64,000 nt of DNA from Planctomycetota bacterium (GTDB taxonomy: Bacteria; Planctomycetota; SZUA-567; H5-PLA8), in assembly GCA_038227875.1 (NCBI GenBank), contig JBBRPR010000003.1, forward strand, positions 64,001 to 128,000. The letters are read 5' to 3'. Shown here in pieces: positions 39,605-48,116 of this stretch. The notes beneath the pieces were generated by a model. That model was not told the origin of the DNA. It saw only the letters and a program-made list of their open reading frames with translations, and did not search any database. The stretch's first letter is position 1, and each line of letters starts with the position of its first letter. The translations under genes and the position numbers were made by a program.

Positions 39605-40672
39605 TTAAGGTTGATCAAGCACTACTGTTCCATTTTTGAATTCGTACTTCCAATCGCCAAGTTTACAGATCCAGTTGAGCCACATATCAACGGTCATATC
39701 CGTCACCCGCAACGTAATGGATGGAAGTCTTGACAGGTCCTTGGTCATCCGCGGAGTGAGTTCACATTTAATTCCGGCCCGGTCCCACAGTTCGCGCTTG
39801 AGGCGATCCATATCGGCATCCAGCAACTCCGATGAGACGAGCAATTCTATTCGTTGTTCCTCTGGTACAAGCAACGGCGACCAACCTTCGGAATCATTAG
39901 GAATTCGCTGGATGTGAACATTCATTGACTGCGCGTTTTGGCGCATTTGAATTACTCGGGTTCTCAGTAAGGAAAGACGCTCTCGACCCTGTTGTTCAGA
40001 CACAATGGCGTCGTCGCTTCGTTCGTGTTCAAAATCACTATGACTCTGCTGATGTAGCATGTAGATGGTTATTGCCACGTTTTCATCCGGTTCGAGACTC
40101 ACGGGAGTCGCGGGTAACTTCGACACCGACAATTGCTGCTGCACCCAGGTTCGAATCTGTTGTTCGGAATGCGTGGGAAGTGCGCCACGAATCGAATCAA
40201 TCACTTCGGGTTCAAACTGGGCTCTTCATTCGGACAGAGTTTTGGCAAGAGTCTTGTTCGAACTCGCCAATTCTTCTTCCAGAACGGCAATCGCCTGCAA
40301 ATCGGATTGCACCGCTGCTTCTGCCGCGCGCACACGCTGGTCGCGCAGCACATAAGCTCCTGAATACGCACCCAGTGCCATCGCTAGTGAATACACAAGG
40401 TAATGCGGGATGCGGCGGCCTTCCGATCTCAGCGCGATGCGCAGCACCAGGCCGCTGCCCATCACGCCCAGACACGCGCCGGTCAGGAGCACGTTATCCG
40501 CACGGCTCCACGCCGCCGCGAACGCGAGCGTATACGCGGCCATCCACTCCAGCATGGTCGCCAGCGAAAAGCGTGTCTGTTCGCGCAGCTTCGCGGCGAC
40601 GCGGCGCAGCAAGGGCGGCCGTGGCGGGGCCGCGATGGCAGGCGGATTGATCGGATCTTCAAGCGCTGCCAT
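39605..40672 (-). pseudogene. Paralog C of tandem membrane-protein family, interrupted by in-frame TGA at 40226-40228
   Basis: ORFs 40226-40672 and 39605-40204 are in the same frame; the stop aligns with Arg in both paralogs (CGA in copy A). Confidence 0.85.
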
Positions 40673-40736
40673 GGAATTTCTCCACGTCGATTCTGTCGAT
40701 ATTAGCAATGGCTCAAAATAATTTTCATTACTACGG

Positions 40737-41816
40737 TCACTCATCGATCTCATCGATCAACACCTTGTCCCCTTTGAACTCGCATTTCCAATTTCCGAGT
40801 CTGCAGACCCATAAAATCCAGAGCTCGGCGCTCATATCCGTCACACGCAGGTTGATATTTGCTGGGTAGCCAGTGAGGATTTGCTTCTGCATCGGTTGCG
40901 AAAATTCGCAACGCAGGCCCGTCAATTCCCAGACATCCCGCTTCAATTTCTCCGGGTCGGTGTCGATGAGGTCCGCTGATATGTGTAGATATTTCCGCCG
41001 CTCCACCGGCACCAGCAGTGGCGACCAGCCATTCGCCGTGGCGGGCAGCGGAACAATGCGGACATCCATGGACTCGGCTTCCTGCTTGATCTGGCAGAGC
41101 CGCGTTTTCAGCAGGTTCGACCGCTGCAACAGGTCGCGTTCCTTTTGTTCGTTGGCTAGTTCACTGGCTACGAAGTAATCCTCAAAGTGAGCTCTCTTTA
41201 ACTGGACCACCGAAGCGACCAAAGCTTCGCTCGAACCCGATTTGATCCTGTCCTTCTGAGATGCATTTCCGAGCCATTCTTGATCCACCCAGGATTTCAG
41301 CTGCTCATCCGTAGCATCCTTCATTTTCGCACTCAGCGATTTCATGGCTTCGGCTTTCAATTCCTCTTTGCGCTTTGCCTGTTCGTCGGCGACGGCTTGT
41401 TTCTGTCCCGCTCGCTCGGCCTCTACTGCTGTGACGTCGCGTTCTGCTTGCTCAAGCAACGGCGCCGCCGCTCGAATCCGTTGATCGCGCAGTACATAGG
41501 CGCCTGAATACGCGCCCAGGGCCATGGCCAGCGCAAACACCAGGTAGTGCGGGACACGCCGTCCTTCCGAACGCACTGCGATGCGCAGGATCAGACCGAA
41601 TCCGATAATGCCGAGGCACGCGCCGGACAACAGCGCGTTATCCGCGCGGCTCCACGCCGCCGCGAACGCGAGCGTGTATGCCGCCATCCACTCGAGCATC
41701 GTGGCGAGCGAAAAGCGCAACTGCTCGCGCAGCTTCGCGGCGATGCGGCGCAGCAGCGGCGGCCGCTTTGAAACCGGGGTCACAATTGCAGCGATCGGGT
41801 CTCGGAGTGCTTCCAT
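40737..41816 (-). CDS. Paralog B: N-terminal TM module, coiled coil and STN-like C-terminal domain
   Basis: RFSLATMLEW N-terminus, GWSPLLVP, INLRVTDM..W..WVCRL. Confidence 0.8.
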   Translation of the reverse strand: MEALRDPIAAIVTPVSKRPPLLRRIAAKLREQLRFSLATMLEWMAAYTLAFAAAWSRADNALLSGACLGIIGFGLILRIAVRSEGRRVPHYLVFALAMALGAYSGAYVLRDQRIRAAAPLLEQAERDVTAVEAERAGQKQAVADEQAKRKEELKAEAMKSLSAKMKDATDEQLKSWVDQEWLGNASQKDRIKSGSSEALVASVVQLKRAHFEDYFVASELANEQKERDLLQRSNLLKTRLCQIKQEAESMDVRIVPLPATANGWSPLLVPVERRKYLHISADLIDTDPEKLKRDVWELTGLRCEFSQPMQKQILTGYPANINLRVTDMSAELWILWVCRLGNWKCEFKGDKVLIDEIDE

Positions 41817-41832
41817 GGTTTCCGTTCCGTAG

Positions 41833-42927
41833 CTAGCGCTCATTCAGATCGAAGTAGAGCTTTCCACTCCTGATTTCGAAATTCATATCGAACGAGCCAC
41901 AGATGAAATGAAGCCATCTATCGGCGATCATCGGCGGTCCGCTTAAATCCAGAGTTGTGCTGATTGTGAGTCGCTTCGCCTCAAGGCGCTCCGAGAAAAC
42001 GCACTCCAATCCGGTCAGATCTTGGATTCTTGTCTTTAGTCGTTGGAGATCGATGTCATCCAGCCCGCAATATACTTCCAATTGCATCCGTCGATCGACC
42101 GGCACCAGTAGTGGAGTCCAGCCGTCAGGCGTGTCGGGAATTTTCACGATGTGGACATCCAAGGATTCTGCCTGCTGCTTGATTTGACAGAGCCAAGTGC
42201 TGAGGACAGCGATGCGTCGCTCAAGTTCGATCTTCTTGCGTCCGTAGTAGCTTCCCCGGTCGAGCTCAAATTGTTTAAAGCGCTCCACCTCAAGTCGCAC
42301 CAATGCTGCTGCGCGCACGTCAAGCTGGTCGGAATAATTCAAGGCGCCATTCTTGATTCGAGGTCCGTTCCATTCAAATGCCACGCCCTCATCAATGCGA
42401 TCTTCAAGATGTTGCTGATCCGTCGCAGCGGCAAAGTAGGTTTGCAGAGATTTCACGGACGCGGCGTACAAATCCTTTTTTCGCTGCGCCACTTCCGCGG
42501 TAATTGCCGCGCCCAATCCCGCTTGCTCATTTTTTACGGCTCGGATTTGGCTTTCCAGTTGTTGCAACACGGGTGCCGCCTCGCGTGCCCTTGGCCCGCA
42601 GAGCAAACGCGCACCCATGTAACCACCCAGCGCCACAGTCAGTGCGAAAACCAGATAGTGGCTGATGCGCCGCCCCTCCGATCGAAAGGCAATGCGCACC
42701 ACCAGGCCGGCTCCAATTGCGCCCAGACACGCGCCGGACAGCAGCTCATTGTCCGCGCGATTCCACGCCGCCGCGAACCCGAGCGTATACGCGGCTATCC
42801 ACTCCAGCATTGTCGCCAGCGAAAAACGCGTCTGCTCGCGCAGTTTCCCGGCGATGCGACTTTTGAACCGAGCGCGGGGCGGAGTTGCAACGGCGGGAGG
42901 CGCAATTGGATCTTCAAGTACAGCCAT
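41833..42927 (-). CDS. Paralog A: same architecture as paralog B
   Basis: RFSLATMLEW, GWTPLLVP; GGAGG RBS before ATG 42927. Confidence 0.8.
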   Translation of the reverse strand: MAVLEDPIAPPAVATPPRARFKSRIAGKLREQTRFSLATMLEWIAAYTLGFAAAWNRADNELLSGACLGAIGAGLVVRIAFRSEGRRISHYLVFALTVALGGYMGARLLCGPRAREAAPVLQQLESQIRAVKNEQAGLGAAITAEVAQRKKDLYAASVKSLQTYFAAATDQQHLEDRIDEGVAFEWNGPRIKNGALNYSDQLDVRAAALVRLEVERFKQFELDRGSYYGRKKIELERRIAVLSTWLCQIKQQAESLDVHIVKIPDTPDGWTPLLVPVDRRMQLEVYCGLDDIDLQRLKTRIQDLTGLECVFSERLEAKRLTISTTLDLSGPPMIADRWLHFICGSFDMNFEIRSGKLYFDLNER

Positions 42928-43057
42928 AGAATTCCTCCACGACGATTGGACGACGATGGCCACTGAGCATTACACGGAGATTGTCGATTTTTCTCACAAA
43001 ACCCTTGCCCTCTTCAAATTCATAGTGTTAAGTAAACACTATGAAGGAGAGATTACT

Positions 43058-43912
43058 ATGAAACAAACACAACGCGTCACTGCAGCCAAGAAGACGCTGG
43101 AGATTATCGAACGGGGCGGCTACGCGAATCCTGCGGGACAAGACGTCCCGCTGCGCGCCGCGATCGAGCGCTGCGTCGGTGGTTCGAAATTGTATCTGCC
43201 GGAAGAACTGGACGTCCTCCGCGACGCCGTACTGGCCCAGTCCAAGCCCTACGCCACGACGCGGTTTGAACTTCGCAACGAAACCACGCTGGAAGGCGCG
43301 CTGCGCGTGGTCCGCAGCGGCGAATTCTCGAACGTCGCCGCGCTGAACTTCGCCTCCGCGCGCAATCCCGGCGGCGGATTCCTCGGCGGCGCGCAAGCGC
43401 AGGAAGAGAGCATCGCGCGCAGTTCGGCGCTGTATGCGAGTCTGCGGGCGTGTTTCGCGTTCTATGAATACCACCGCGGCATGCAATCGCTGCTCTACAC
43501 CGACCGCATGATCTACACGCCGCAGTGCCCCGTCTTCCGCACCGACAACGGCGCGCTGCTGAACGAGCCCTACTGCTTGAGCATCATTACCAGCCCGGCG
43601 CCGAACGCGGGCGCGCTGCAGCGCAACCAGCCGCAGGACGTGGCGAAGATCCCCGGCGTCTTCCGCGAGCGCACGGCCAAACTCCTGGCGCTGGCCGTGG
43701 AGCAACACTGCGACGCGCTGCTTCTCGGTGCGTGGGGCTGCGGCGTATTCAAGAATTCGCCCGCTGTCGTGGCCTCAACGTTCCGCGAACTCCTGGCGCC
43801 TGGCGGGGCCTTTCACGGACGCTTCAGTTTCGTGCTCTTCTCGGTCTACGACACGACCGAGGGTCTGCCGATCTACACGGAATTCGCGAAGCAGCTCGAA
43901 GAGTTCTGCTAG
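43058..43912 (+). CDS. TIGR02452 / DUF2263 macrodomain (bacterial PARG-like ADP-ribose glycohydrolase)
   Basis: LNFASARNPGGGFLGGAQAQEES, LGAWGCGVFKN; AAGGAG RBS. Confidence 0.92.
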   Translation: MKQTQRVTAAKKTLEIIERGGYANPAGQDVPLRAAIERCVGGSKLYLPEELDVLRDAVLAQSKPYATTRFELRNETTLEGALRVVRSGEFSNVAALNFASARNPGGGFLGGAQAQEESIARSSALYASLRACFAFYEYHRGMQSLLYTDRMIYTPQCPVFRTDNGALLNEPYCLSIITSPAPNAGALQRNQPQDVAKIPGVFRERTAKLLALAVEQHCDALLLGAWGCGVFKNSPAVVASTFRELLAPGGAFHGRFSFVLFSVYDTTEGLPIYTEFAKQLEEFC

Positions 43913-44541
43913 CCAGAACTCTCCAGCGTGAATTCCGACCCGGTGTACACCCGCACCGGATTTCCGCGCTCCAGGCTCTGGTGCTGCGCCCAGCGCTGCC
44001 GCTCGACGTGTTGAGCGGCGGCGCCGCTCTTTTGCGCGAGGGCTTCGGCCAAACGCGCGAAGGCGAGTTTCCGATTCGCGTGTTGCGAACGTTCTTCGCG
44101 ACCAACCACGACCAGGCCCGTGGGGACGTGCCGGATGCGCACGGCGCTTTCCGTTTTGTTCACGTGCTGACCGCCCGGACCACCAGCGCAGAGAAATGAA
44201 ATCTCGATCTCTTTCATCGACCACGCCGGTTTTTCCGGGACGCTCAGCGCATTGACGCCGACGAACCAGTTTCGCCGCTTGTAGTTCGCCCGGAACGGAC
44301 TCTTGCCGATCCACAGCACCGTTCCGGTCCACGTGGCGAGAAAGGCGGCGAGTCCCCGGCCGTCGACGGCCGTCAGCACCGAGTCGAGCGTCCCTGACTC
44401 GCGTCCCGCGACCGAATGCAGCAGCGTCACGCCGATGCCCACGCGCTGGGCTTCGCCGCAGAAGCAGCGCAACACGCGGGGCACGACCCAGGCGCATTCC
44501 GATGGCCCCTGCCCTGCGGTAATTTGAAGCCAGCAGCTCAT
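43909..44541 (-). CDS. prfH: Peptide chain release factor H
   Basis: LQITAGQGPSEC, SPFR...RRNWFVG, GPGGQHVNKTESAVR, HQSLERGNPVR. Confidence 0.93.
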   Translation of the reverse strand: MSCWLQITAGQGPSECAWVVPRVLRCFCGEAQRVGIGVTLLHSVAGRESGTLDSVLTAVDGRGLAAFLATWTGTVLWIGKSPFRANYKRRNWFVGVNALSVPEKPAWSMKEIEISFLCAGGPGGQHVNKTESAVRIRHVPTGLVVVGREERSQHANRKLAFARLAEALAQKSGAAAQHVERQRWAQHQSLERGNPVRVYTGSEFTLESSG

Positions 44542-45668
44542 CGCGCCTCCCTTCGCACCTTATAGGTGATCAGCGGCCGCAGGCGCGCGATCACGCGCAC
44601 CAGACCGGCCTGGACCAGATCGTTGACGACCACATCGACATTTTTGTACGCCTGCGGCGCTTCTTCGTAGAGCAGATCGCGATCTTCGCAGATCACGCGG
44701 CCGCCGATTTCCGTGCGCACCAGCTCCGCTTCGTCAAAGCGCCCGCGCAGCCGCGCGCGACAGTCGGTGCGATTCCATTTCCGGCCCGCGCCGTGCGAGA
44801 GACTCCACGCATGCGCCGCCTGCTCGCTGACCTCACCCCGCGGCATCACGAGGTAAGAGAGCGTGCCGCGGCTGCCGGGAATCATCAGCGCGCCGCGCGT
44901 CGAGGGGTTGGCTCCCTTGCGGTGCACCCACGCTTCGCCGCTCGACTCCACACGCTCGATGTAATTGTGCGGCAGGTCGAGCACCGTCTGCGCCTCCGAA
45001 CCCAGCGCATCCAGGAAACGGCTGGCGATCAATGCGCGACTGGCCTGCGCCCACGTCACGGCGTAATCGTGAAGCGCCGTGTATTCGCGCGCGTCATCGC
45101 CGTCGGTAGGCAACGCAGCATAGCCGTGCTTGAGCATGTGCGAGCGCAGGACGTCATGCCCGAGGCCCCGCGAGCCGCTGTGGACGAGCACCACGAGGCG
45201 GTCCTCGTCGAGTCCCAGCGCGGCGAAGGCCGCCGCGTCATCTACGCGCTCCACCTGCTGCAGCTCGCCAAAGTGATTGCCGCCGCCGATCGTGCCGAGC
45301 GACTGATCCTGCGCGCTGGGACCGATCGCGAAGTTGCTGAGCCACTTTTCGCGATCGCCGTTCCACGGTTGATCGAGGTCCGTCAGTTTCTTCTCCCAGC
45401 GTTCCAGCTTCGCCTTGCGGGCCATTAAGTCCGACCGCCACAGCCCCATGCCGCAGCCGACATCGTTGCCGACCAGGTGCGGATAGATCACACCGCGCGA
45501 GACGAATGCCGCGCCGACCGGCCCGCATTTTCCGGGATGCAAATCCGGCAAGCCCACCGCCAGTTCCATTCCCGGCAGCCCGGCGGTCCCCTTGAGCTGC
45601 GAGACCGCGTTTCCTTCGATCCAATTTTCATCCGACGAAATCAGACGCACGTTTGCAGAGACGCTCAT
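44538..45668 (-). CDS. rtcB: PrfH-coupled RNA ligase RtcB (RtcB2)
   Basis: PDLHPG, VGNDVGCGM, GTIGGGNHFGE, HSGSRG, HRKG, SHGAGR, EEAPQAYK; overlaps the prfH start (ATGA). Confidence 0.94.
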   Translation of the reverse strand: MSVSANVRLISSDENWIEGNAVSQLKGTAGLPGMELAVGLPDLHPGKCGPVGAAFVSRGVIYPHLVGNDVGCGMGLWRSDLMARKAKLERWEKKLTDLDQPWNGDREKWLSNFAIGPSAQDQSLGTIGGGNHFGELQQVERVDDAAAFAALGLDEDRLVVLVHSGSRGLGHDVLRSHMLKHGYAALPTDGDDAREYTALHDYAVTWAQASRALIASRFLDALGSEAQTVLDLPHNYIERVESSGEAWVHRKGANPSTRGALMIPGSRGTLSYLVMPRGEVSEQAAHAWSLSHGAGRKWNRTDCRARLRGRFDEAELVRTEIGGRVICEDRDLLYEEAPQAYKNVDVVVNDLVQAGLVRVIARLRPLITYKVRREAR

Positions 45669-45960
45669 AAAAATCCTCACGAATCCGCGCTGCGAAGCAC
45701 GGAGCATCACACGGTCCAGACGCAAAGCGCGGCTGGAAAAAGTGACAGCGCTGAACCGGTGCGCAGTTTGAGCGCGTAACGGCAGAGCTTCAGACGAGTG
45801 AGTTTGGGTTTGGCGGATCGTGAAGGATTCGAGCGTGGAACGCGGGGTGTTGCAGAACTATTTTACGCGAGCGCAGCGCCGGATTTCAGATCGCCGAGAT
45901 TCGTGAGGTGCGTCATGGGAGTGCTCCTATTAGTGCAGTCGCGGCCGTTCTGCCGCGCCT
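45669..45960 (-). promoter_or_regulatory. Structured 5' leader / putative attenuator of rtcB2-prfH
   Basis: Two anti-SD segments (45898-45908 and 45813-45830) are complementary to the rtcB2 SD region 45672-45688; alternative stem 45685-45694 / 45721-45732. Confidence 0.7.
45863..45916 (-). CDS. Leader peptide MTHLTNLGDLKSGAALA (17 aa)
   Basis: TAGGAG RBS 7 nt before ATG 45916, TAA at 45865-45863. Confidence 0.7.
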   Translation of the reverse strand: MTHLTNLGDLKSGAALA

Positions 45961-45999
45961 ATTGTGAGCATGAACAAACCCCATGAATCGCACGTTGTC

Positions 46000-46092
46000 A
46001 AGTCGTATGAAATATCGGCAGGGGTAATTATGTCCTGGAGCTTCTTGTTGCTGACGCAACCCGGCCCGAGGGGCCGGGCCACCCCTCGCGGG
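46000..46092 (+). repeat. Half copy of the 37858-38045 element
   Basis: Matches 37958-38051; 62-bp core tgtcctggag...cgcggg with one mismatch. Confidence 0.85.
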
Positions 46093-46156
46093 TTGTTCGG
46101 TCACGCTAGAGAAATTAGCGCGCCGCTACTTCGTCATTCGTTATTCGACATTCGCA

Positions 46157-46624
46157 CTACTTCTTCCCGTTCGCCTTCAGCAAATCCGCCAGCGCGGTTG
46201 CCAGTTCGGCATTTTTGCCCAACGTCCAGGACGGCGTGTTCAGGCGGACGACGCCCCATTCTCCGTCGCCGTAGACCCAGACCTGGCGGAGCATCTTCGG
46301 GCCTTTGAAGCAGCGCAGCGTCATCGCGATTTCGCCGGCGGAAGGTTCGACTTCCGAGATTTTCATCGCGTCGGTGATCTTCTTCAGATCGTCGGCGTCG
46401 GTGATGTTCGCTTTTTTCGGCAGGCTCTGGTCGGGCGCGGTTTTCTCGAGCACGATCTCGATGCGGTCGCACGATTTGATCGCGGGAAGATCGGAACCCT
46501 TCCCCTGCCCAAGCGCGGCCTTCTGCGTCTCCGCGTCTTTTTCGTGATCGTCGGCGCCATACGTGGCCGTGGCGGTCACGCAGAACAACACCAATAGGGG
46601 GAGCATTCGAAGCAGCGTGCGCAT
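46157..46624 (-). CDS. Secreted hypothetical protein
   Basis: Signal peptide MRTLLRMLPLLVLFCVTATA; GAGG RBS. Confidence 0.65.
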   Translation of the reverse strand: MRTLLRMLPLLVLFCVTATATYGADDHEKDAETQKAALGQGKGSDLPAIKSCDRIEIVLEKTAPDQSLPKKANITDADDLKKITDAMKISEVEPSAGEIAMTLRCFKGPKMLRQVWVYGDGEWGVVRLNTPSWTLGKNAELATALADLLKANGKK

Positions 46625-46747
46625 GAGCGGGATCCTCTTTTCAGTCGAGACGGTGCCACGTTACGCCTGCGCCGCCTTCGCGTCAACGCGCGCGATTGCT
46701 CTGCGCGTTGAACTCCACCTGCGCTCCGCTACGATGATTTCCGCATC

Positions 46748-48028
46748 ATGAGCGCCGCCGATCCGTACTCCGCCCTTCGACTCCGCGATTTTCGCTGCTA
46801 TCTCGCCAGTTCCATGTTGGGCACGATTGGCTTTCAGGTCCAGATTCTCGCGGTGCGTTACGAAGTCTTCGGCCGCTCCAACGACGACTACATGTCGCTG
46901 GGTTGGATGGGCCTGCTGATGACCGCCCCCGCCCTGCTGCTCACGCTGCCGGCCGGACAGATTGCCGACTGGTTCGACCGCCGCCTGGTAATATGCATCG
47001 CGCTCTTTGTCGCCGCGTGCGGTGCGCTGGGTTTGTACTTCGTCTCCATCTACCACGGTCCCTTGTGGATGGTCTACGCCGCGGTGTTGTTGCGCGCGAC
47101 GGCCGGCACGTTCACACAACCGGCGCGCGGCGCGTTGCTGCCGCAGATCGTGCCCAACGATGAGCTGGCCAACGCGATCACGTGGAATTCCAGCAACATG
47201 CAAATGGCGCTAATGGTCGGCCCGGCGCTCGGCGGCTTCATCGCATCGAAGAGCATCTCCGCCGCGTACCTCACCGACGCCGCCTGCATGATTGTCTCGC
47301 TCTTCAGCATTCTTGCGATCCGCCACCGCCGCCCCGTGGCCAAGCGCGAACCGGCGACGCTTCACGCGGTGATGGCCGGCCTGCGTTACGTGACAAAAAC
47401 GAAAGTCATTCTCGCCACGCTGACGCTGGATCTGATGGCGACGATCTTCGGCGGCGCCACCGCGCTGCTGCCGGGTTTCGCCAAGAATATTCTTCACGTC
47501 GGCCCGACTGAACTGGGCTGGCTCAACGCCGCTCCGGCCGCCGGAGCGGTGGTGATGTCCGGATTGATCGCGCACTTCGGGCCGCTCAAGAACGCCGGCC
47601 GCGCGTTGATCATCGCCGTGATCGGCTTCGGCGCGGCAACGGCGCTGTTCGGCATCTCCGAATCGTTTTACCTTTCGCTCTTCCTGCTCTTCCTGACCGG
47701 CGCGTTCGACAACATCAGCGTGGTGGTGCGGCACACGCTGGTGATGGCGCTGGCGCCGGAGAACATGCGCGGCCGCATCTCCGCGGTCAACAGTTTGTTC
47801 ATCGGCGCGAGCAATCGCTTGAGCGATTTTGAATCGGGATTGACGGCGCGTCTCTGGGGCCCGGTGGCGTCCGTGGTTTTCGGCGGTGTGGGATCGATGA
47901 TCTGCGTTGTCGCCGCCGCGGTGAAGTGGCCGGAACTCCGTCAGATCGGTTCGCTGGAAGACTTGCGGCCCGGCATCAGTCCCGCTGAAGCCGAGGAGAA
48001 GGGCGTTGAAGAGAAGGCTCCAGCGTAA
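46748..48028 (+). CDS. MFS transporter (EntS / H+ antiporter-like)
   Basis: AGQIADWFDRR, GPALGG, APENMRGRISA; 12 TMs. Confidence 0.9.
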   Translation: MSAADPYSALRLRDFRCYLASSMLGTIGFQVQILAVRYEVFGRSNDDYMSLGWMGLLMTAPALLLTLPAGQIADWFDRRLVICIALFVAACGALGLYFVSIYHGPLWMVYAAVLLRATAGTFTQPARGALLPQIVPNDELANAITWNSSNMQMALMVGPALGGFIASKSISAAYLTDAACMIVSLFSILAIRHRRPVAKREPATLHAVMAGLRYVTKTKVILATLTLDLMATIFGGATALLPGFAKNILHVGPTELGWLNAAPAAGAVVMSGLIAHFGPLKNAGRALIIAVIGFGAATALFGISESFYLSLFLLFLTGAFDNISVVVRHTLVMALAPENMRGRISAVNSLFIGASNRLSDFESGLTARLWGPVASVVFGGVGSMICVVAAAVKWPELRQIGSLEDLRPGISPAEAEEKGVEEKAPA

Positions 48029-48116
48029 TTCCGCTGAATGCGATTGCACGCGCGACAATCTTCCCATAAGAAATCAGAAATACGAAATCACGTGAAATCC
48101 TATAAAAGGCGTCTCC

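Noticed and set aside
40226..40228. In-frame TGA as selenocysteine
   Set aside because: Aligns to Arg, not Cys, in the paralogs; no evident SECIS hairpin
42665..43057. N-terminal extensions in the ORF track (42665 for TIGR02452; also 32402, 56097, 25660)
   Set aside because: They overlap other genes or parS; homology-like sequence and, in most cases, an RBS begin at downstream starts
45863..45880. Leader peptide ending AALA resembles a tmRNA tag
   Set aside because: It has its own RBS and ATG and no tRNA-like ends; a degron role cannot be supported from sequence alone
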